Source of the DNA: Candidatus Eiseniibacteriota bacterium
Lineage (GTDB): Bacteria > Eisenbacteria > RBG-16-71-46 > SZUA-252
DNA: 12,445 nucleotides
Direction of reading: 5' to 3'
NCBI GenBank assembly: GCA_031370645.1
Contig: JANMQV010000159.1
Span: 1 to 12,445 of the forward strand
A program made the position numbers and the translations under genes. Of the stretch, positions 8,250 through 12,445 are shown piece after piece. Within the stretch, counting starts at the first letter, position 1. Every line of letters starts with the position of its first letter. Below the pieces are notes generated by a model. The model ran no database searches. It worked only from the letters and a program-made list of their open reading frames with translations, and was not told the DNA's origin.

Positions 8250-8797
8250 AAACCCCCTTCCTTGTCGGAGCTACGATCTACTTCCGCCCGCTCGAGCCCG
8301 GCGACGGCGTCGATGCCGCGCGCTGGCTCCGCCTGTACGAACTCGGCGGCCGCTTCGCGTCGGGATTGCCGATGAGCGAGGAGGGGGGCCAGCGCCACGT
8401 CGAGAGCTTGACGCGCGATGAACGGCAGGTCGCGATGGCGATCGCGCGCCGCGCCGACAACAACCTCCTCGGCGTGATTCGGATCTACAACCTGCAGCCT
8501 CAGCGCCGGAGCGGCGGCTACCGCCTGGCGCTCGACCCCGAAGCGCCCGGCGCGGAGAAGATCGCGGTCGAATCGACACGCCTCGTTTTGGATTACGTCT
8601 TCGAGACGCTTGGGCTGAACCGTCTCTGGCTTCACGAACTTGCGGGCGATGACGTCGCGCGGAAGCGCTTCGCGAGGGCGGGGTTCACGGAGGAGGGCAT
8701 CCTTCGCCAGGAAGCGTGGAAGGACGGACGCTACGAGGACGTGGTGGTGATGGGAATCCTGCGCGACGAGTGGGAGCGGCGCCCTAAAAGCCGTTGA
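8246..8797 (+). CDS. RimJ/RimL-family GNAT paralog with a degenerate acetyl-CoA-binding motif, 183 aa
   Basis: ATGA overlap with the upstream GNAT stop. IYFRP, LGLNRLWL, GFTEEGILRQE and MGILRDEW are retained. The GKGYG loop is replaced by PEAPGAEKIA. Confidence 0.85.
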   Translation: MKTPFLVGATIYFRPLEPGDGVDAARWLRLYELGGRFASGLPMSEEGGQRHVESLTRDERQVAMAIARRADNNLLGVIRIYNLQPQRRSGGYRLALDPEAPGAEKIAVESTRLVLDYVFETLGLNRLWLHELAGDDVARKRFARAGFTEEGILRQEAWKDGRYEDVVVMGILRDEWERRPKSR

Positions 8798-9266
8798 GCG
8801 TTGCGATCTCCAAGATGTACTTCGTCCGGCTGACCGGCAGGAAGTTGGCGTTCTTGATGAGGCCCTGAATACGCGTCAGGAGCTTCGGGTCGCGACAAAC
8901 GATCGAGACGCCGATCGCCGTCGTGGTGCCGGGGGGCAGCGTGCCCCACTGGTGGAGCGGCATCCAGTTGTCATAATCGATCGTGTACCACTGGTTGGTG
9001 AAGCTGAAGTTCTTCGGGAGGTTCTGGGAGAGGCCGTCCGGAGCGGTGCCCGCCTGAGATTCGTTCGGCCACTTCCCGGTGTCGCCGTAACTGAGATAGA
9101 CGGCGGCGCGAACCGCCTGGAGATCCGCGACCGCCTGCGCAGCCCGGGTGTTGGAGATGAGTCCGAAATAAGCGGGAATGGCGACCGCGGCCAGGATTCC
9201 GATGACCGTCATCACGATCATCAGCTCCATCATCGTGAAACCTTTGTCCGCCGGCAGCTTCCGCAT
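8784..9266 (-). CDS. Type IV pilin / pseudopilin (prepilin N-terminal cleavage-methylation domain), 160 aa precursor
   Basis: Class III signal MRKLPADKG|FTMMELMIVMTVIGILAAVAIPAY with G-1, F+1, E+5 and P+22. A purine-rich GGGGGGA RBS lies just upstream. Start is ATG 9266 or the adjacent TTG 9269. Confidence 0.9.
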   Translation of the reverse strand: MRKLPADKGFTMMELMIVMTVIGILAAVAIPAYFGLISNTRAAQAVADLQAVRAAVYLSYGDTGKWPNESQAGTAPDGLSQNLPKNFSFTNQWYTIDYDNWMPLHQWGTLPPGTTTAIGVSIVCRDPKLLTRIQGLIKNANFLPVSRTKYILEIATLNGF

Positions 9267-9325
9267 CAATCCCCCCGCGCGCGTCTCCGCCCGAATCGCT
9301 CCCCCGACCTACTCGGTCCAGCGAA

Positions 9326-9353
9326 TCATCGGCACTCTATCGAGAGTTGTTGA
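9326..9353 (-). promoter_or_regulatory. Putative sigma28 (FliA/WhiG-family) promoter for the pilin gene
   Basis: The minus strand reads TCAA (9353-9350), 16 nt, GCCGATGA (9333-9326). The known consensus is T(A/C)AA-N15-GCCGATAA. Confidence 0.45.
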
Positions 9354-9381
9354 GGGCGCCATTCCATTGAACGGAAGCGAC

Positions 9382-11070
9382 TTACGGGGTCGGAAAATCC
9401 TTCAGCGCCAACTGGAGCTGTTCCTCGTGGAGCACCTTGGCCCGGCTGAGCGCTTCCTCGATATGGGCGCAGAGATTCTCGCGGCCGATGTGGCGGTGGA
9501 ATTCGGCCTGGCGCATGAGGCGAGACGGTTGCTCGCGAGCGCCACAGAGAATGAGCTCGCGCCGACGCTCGTGGAGGCGATCGGCCAGTTCCTCGAACGC
9601 GGTGAGCCCCGTCGCGTCAATGGCGGTCATTTCGCGGAGGCGGAGGATCACGATCGGCGCGAGGGAATCGACGTCGTCGGTAATCTCGCGAATCTTCTCC
9701 GTGGCGCCGAAGAGGAACGGTCCTTGGATTCGGAACAACGCCACGTAATCGGGAATCGAGCGGTCGTGCAGGATGTGAACTCGCCCCTCTGCCAACTCCG
9801 TATCGGTCACCTCTTCCACTTCCGTCGTGACCGACACCTTCCGAATGAAGAGGAGCGCCGCGAGGGTCATTCCGACCTGAACCGCGAGCGTGAGATCGGC
9901 GAAGACAGTCAGCGCGAAGGTGATGAGCCAGACCGCGATATCGCCCTTCGAGAGTTTCAGGATCTCGGGAACCTCTTCCCAATCTCCCATGTTATACGCC
10001 ACCACGAAGAGGATGGCCGCGAGCGTCGGAAGGGGGACCCACTTCGCGAGCGGTGCGGCGGCGAGGAGGACGCCGAGAAGCGTGAGGGCGTGGATCATGC
10101 CGGCGACGGGCGTGCGCGCGCCGGAGCGGATGTTCGTCGCGGTGCGGGCGATGGCGCCGGTCGCGGGAAGCCCTCCCACGAGCGGCGACGCGAGGTTCGC
10201 CACACCCTGCGCGATCAACTCCGTGTTCGGATTGTGGCGACTACCGGTCATCTTATCCGCCACGACGGCGGACATGAGCGACTCGATGGCGCCAAGGAGG
10301 GCGATCGTGATCGCACTCGGAAGAAGCGGCGGAATCAGTTCGAGTCGAAGCGGCGGAACGTGGATCTTCGGAAATCCCGACGGAATCCCGCCGAAGCGGG
10401 TGCCGATCGTCTCCACGGGGAGCATGAGGAGTGCGGTCGCGGCCGTGCCGGCCACGAGCGCCACGATCGCGCCGGGAACGCGGCGAAGGAGTCGCGGAAC
10501 CAGGAGTATCACGGCGAGCGAAGCGACTGCGAGGAGGGTCGCCTCGAGAGAGATCGTCCCCCGCGCGGACCAGAGTTCTCGAAGGCGCGGCAGGAACGCG
10601 CCCGAGGCGTGCTCCACGTGAAGCCCGAAGAAATCGCGGATCTGCGTGCTCGCGATGAGGACGGCGATGCCGTTCGTGAAGCCGGCCACGACGGGGCGCG
10701 GAATGTAGCGCACGGCCGTCCCCATGCCGGTCGCGCCTAGGACGATGAGGATGATGCCGGCGAGGAAGGTGCAGATGAAGAGTCCGAGGACGCCGTGTTG
10801 CGCCACGATGCCGGCAACGACGACGACGAACGCCCCGGTCGGGCCGCCGATCTGCGTCTTCGAACCGCCGAGCGCGGAGATGAGGAATCCCGCGACGACC
10901 GCGCCGTAAATGCCGGCTTGGGGCGGCATCCCGGAGGAGATCGCGAACGCCATGGCGAGCGGAAGCGCCACGAGTCCGACCGTGACGCCCGCCAGCAAAT
11001 CGTGGAAGAAGTCCGGGCGGCGGTAGCCGCGGAGCGATTGAATCGATTGGGGAAGCCAGGCCTTGTTCAT
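9382..11070 (-). CDS. sulP: SulP/SLC26 family anion permease with C-terminal STAS domain (DauA/YchM-like), 562 aa
   Basis: Motifs DLLAGVTVGLVALPLAMAFAISSG, QIGGPTGAFVV, AIESL and GGLPATGAIARTATNIRSG. STAS motifs FRIQGPFLFGA and IDATG. Substrate cannot be determined from sequence. Confidence 0.93.
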   Translation of the reverse strand: MNKAWLPQSIQSLRGYRRPDFFHDLLAGVTVGLVALPLAMAFAISSGMPPQAGIYGAVVAGFLISALGGSKTQIGGPTGAFVVVVAGIVAQHGVLGLFICTFLAGIILIVLGATGMGTAVRYIPRPVVAGFTNGIAVLIASTQIRDFFGLHVEHASGAFLPRLRELWSARGTISLEATLLAVASLAVILLVPRLLRRVPGAIVALVAGTAATALLMLPVETIGTRFGGIPSGFPKIHVPPLRLELIPPLLPSAITIALLGAIESLMSAVVADKMTGSRHNPNTELIAQGVANLASPLVGGLPATGAIARTATNIRSGARTPVAGMIHALTLLGVLLAAAPLAKWVPLPTLAAILFVVAYNMGDWEEVPEILKLSKGDIAVWLITFALTVFADLTLAVQVGMTLAALLFIRKVSVTTEVEEVTDTELAEGRVHILHDRSIPDYVALFRIQGPFLFGATEKIREITDDVDSLAPIVILRLREMTAIDATGLTAFEELADRLHERRRELILCGAREQPSRLMRQAEFHRHIGRENLCAHIEEALSRAKVLHEEQLQLALKDFPTP

Positions 11071-11082
11071 GGCAAGGCCGCG

Positions 11083-11093
11083 ACTATAGCACC
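11083..11093 (-). promoter_or_regulatory. Extended -10 promoter element (GGTGcTATAGT) of sulP; very short leader
   Basis: The minus strand has TG-C-TATAGT (TATAGT at 11088-11083), 12 nt upstream of ATG 11070. No Shine-Dalgarno in between. Confidence 0.6.
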
Positions 11094-11121
11094 AGAAGTT
11101 GGAGGGGGGGAGGGGGACCCC

Positions 11122-12445
11122 CTAGATCGGAATCCAGTAGGTGATCTTGGCCAGGAACCGGTTCTCCGGCTCGTTCCGGAAGAGATTCCGCGTGTTGATG
11201 TTGTTCCGGAACTGCGGCGCGTTCGAACCGGCGAACCAGCGTTCCTCGTAGTCGGACCGGCTCTGCGTCCAGACGAGGAAGAAGGTGCTTCCCGGCCGGT
11301 ATTCCCAGCGATAGACGACGTTCGTATTCACCGAGGCGTACTTGAAGTCGAAGTCGCGGACGTTGTAGCCCGGCTCGTTGTAGTGGATCAGGTCGTACGA
11401 GTCGGGGCGCGCCAACTCCCGCGCCTCGTTGTAGTCGCCCACGGTGATGAAGGGCTGCGCGTAGATCTCGAGCGACTGCTTCCGGCTGAATAGGATGTTC
11501 GACCGGAGCGTGAGGTCCGCGATCTGCTGGTGAATCTTGCCGAAAACGTAGGAGCGGCCGCCGATCCCGAGGCCGCCGGGGCGTGAAGCCAGATCGACCG
11601 TCTCCAGATACTGCGTGTCATCCGTTCGATTCTCGAAACTGAGATCGAGCTGGTGATTCACGGCGCTGCTCTGATTCCAGTGCAGGCCGAGCGTTCCCTT
11701 GTTGCTCTGATTGTTGGCCGTATCGCGGAAAATGTTCCCCTCGGTCGAGAAATACACATTCTTCCGCGTGTCGCTCGAGTAGCCCGCCCAGCCGCCGTAG
11801 GTGGCCGGCTCCGAAATCAGCGGACCTCCGCGCGTCTCGTAGCGGTGGTGCCCCTCGACGTTGTACTGAACGCCGAACCACCCTTCGCGGAAATTCCGGA
11901 ATTGAGCCGAAGCATTCACGTTCGTGTTGCCGTACTGGCGATGCCTCGGGTTGTACGACCACGCCACCTGCCCGGTGTTGGCGTCGAATCCCTTCCGCCC
12001 CGAGTAGAGCCACGACTGACTGACGTTGTAGTTGATGCTGCCGCTGTTGAACCTCTTGCTCTTTCCGTTCTGGTTCAGCCGGCGCTGGGTCCACCCGTAG
12101 ACGACCACTTCGTCGGGCGATTCCAGGTAGCCGAGGTCGTTCAGTTCCAGTTTGTCCGACTCCCAGCGGAAGCCGACGTTGCCGCGCTGCTTCCCGCCAT
12201 TTCGGGCGAACGTGAACTCGCCGCCCGTGCCGTACCTCGGCTTGTCGGAGAGCGCCGGGTTCGACTGCAGCGGTTCGGAATTCACGACGGAGCCGACGAA
12301 CGATCCGTTCACGTTCCAGGCGCGCGTCTTCGACGAGACATCGAAATCGAGCCCGGTTGTGAACGCCTCGCGAGAGTAACGATCCGCGTCGAATCCGGGG
12401 AGGCCGTGAGCGAGAAGCGATTCCCGATCGGCCGTGTTGAAGGCC
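11122..12445 (-). CDS. DUF5916-like protein, probable outer-membrane beta-barrel; 5'-truncated by the window edge
   Basis: The frame stays open from 12444 (AFNTADRESLLAHG...REAFTTGLDF...WNVNGS) through the ORF-track start 12312 to TAG 11124-11122. Family-like motifs LNDLGY, TRGGP, SLEIYAQPF, NVVYRWEYRPGSTFFLVW, FLAKITYW. Alternating amphipathic beta-strands. Confidence 0.75.
   Translation of the reverse strand, partial: AFNTADRESLLAHGLPGFDADRYSREAFTTGLDFDVSSKTRAWNVNGSFVGSVVNSEPLQSNPALSDKPRYGTGGEFTFARNGGKQRGNVGFRWESDKLELNDLGYLESPDEVVVYGWTQRRLNQNGKSKRFNSGSINYNVSQSWLYSGRKGFDANTGQVAWSYNPRHRQYGNTNVNASAQFRNFREGWFGVQYNVEGHHRYETRGGPLISEPATYGGWAGYSSDTRKNVYFSTEGNIFRDTANNQSNKGTLGLHWNQSSAVNHQLDLSFENRTDDTQYLETVDLASRPGGLGIGGRSYVFGKIHQQIADLTLRSNILFSRKQSLEIYAQPFITVGDYNEARELARPDSYDLIHYNEPGYNVRDFDFKYASVNTNVVYRWEYRPGSTFFLVWTQSRSDYEERWFAGSNAPQFRNNINTRNLFRNEPENRFLAKITYWIPI

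Noticed and set aside
7680..8797. GNAT toxin-antitoxin module
   Set aside because: Known GNAT toxins pair with small RHH antitoxins and belong to a different GNAT subfamily. Both genes here are RimJ/RimL-like and no RHH gene is present.
9270..9381. c-di-GMP riboswitch or sigma54 promoter upstream of the pilin
   Set aside because: No GEMM core (GCAAAC...GAAA...GACGCAAAGC) is recognisable. TGGCGC is not followed by a correctly spaced TTGC.
1..12445. CRISPR arrays, IS/transposase, integrase, prophage, tRNA/rRNA or defence systems
   Set aside because: No regularly spaced repeats, terminal inverted repeats or diagnostic protein motifs were seen. Almost all sequence is accounted for by the listed CDSs.

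Overview
GC-rich bacterial chromosomal window, apparently from a diderm: it has a lipoprotein, a signal-peptide protein, a type IV pilin and a probable outer-membrane protein. The gene families resemble FCB/Gemmatimonadota/Acidobacteriota-type organisms (inference only). The + strand carries the 3' tail of a conserved protein (1-114) and a membrane Hanks-type Ser/Thr kinase with a TolB-like beta-propeller (170-3022). A tightly packed six-gene run follows (3086-8797): bioY, atypical SDR, exported amidohydrolase, lipoprotein M28 peptidase, RimJ/RimL GNAT, and a degenerate GNAT paralog. The converging - strand carries a partial DUF5916-like protein, a SulP/STAS transporter and an orphan type IV pilin. 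I saw no mobile elements, CRISPR arrays, tRNA or rRNA. The best leads are: a coupled GNAT pair whose second copy has lost its acetyl-CoA-binding motif; a possible biotin or acyl-amino-acid scavenging operon; a shared GGNGCTANNNT promoter motif giving leaderless or near-leaderless mRNAs; a sigma28-like promoter on an aromatic-rich pilin; and an expanded S/T-P repeat in the kinase activation loop. All functional 'system' ideas are hypotheses, and no database searches were run.
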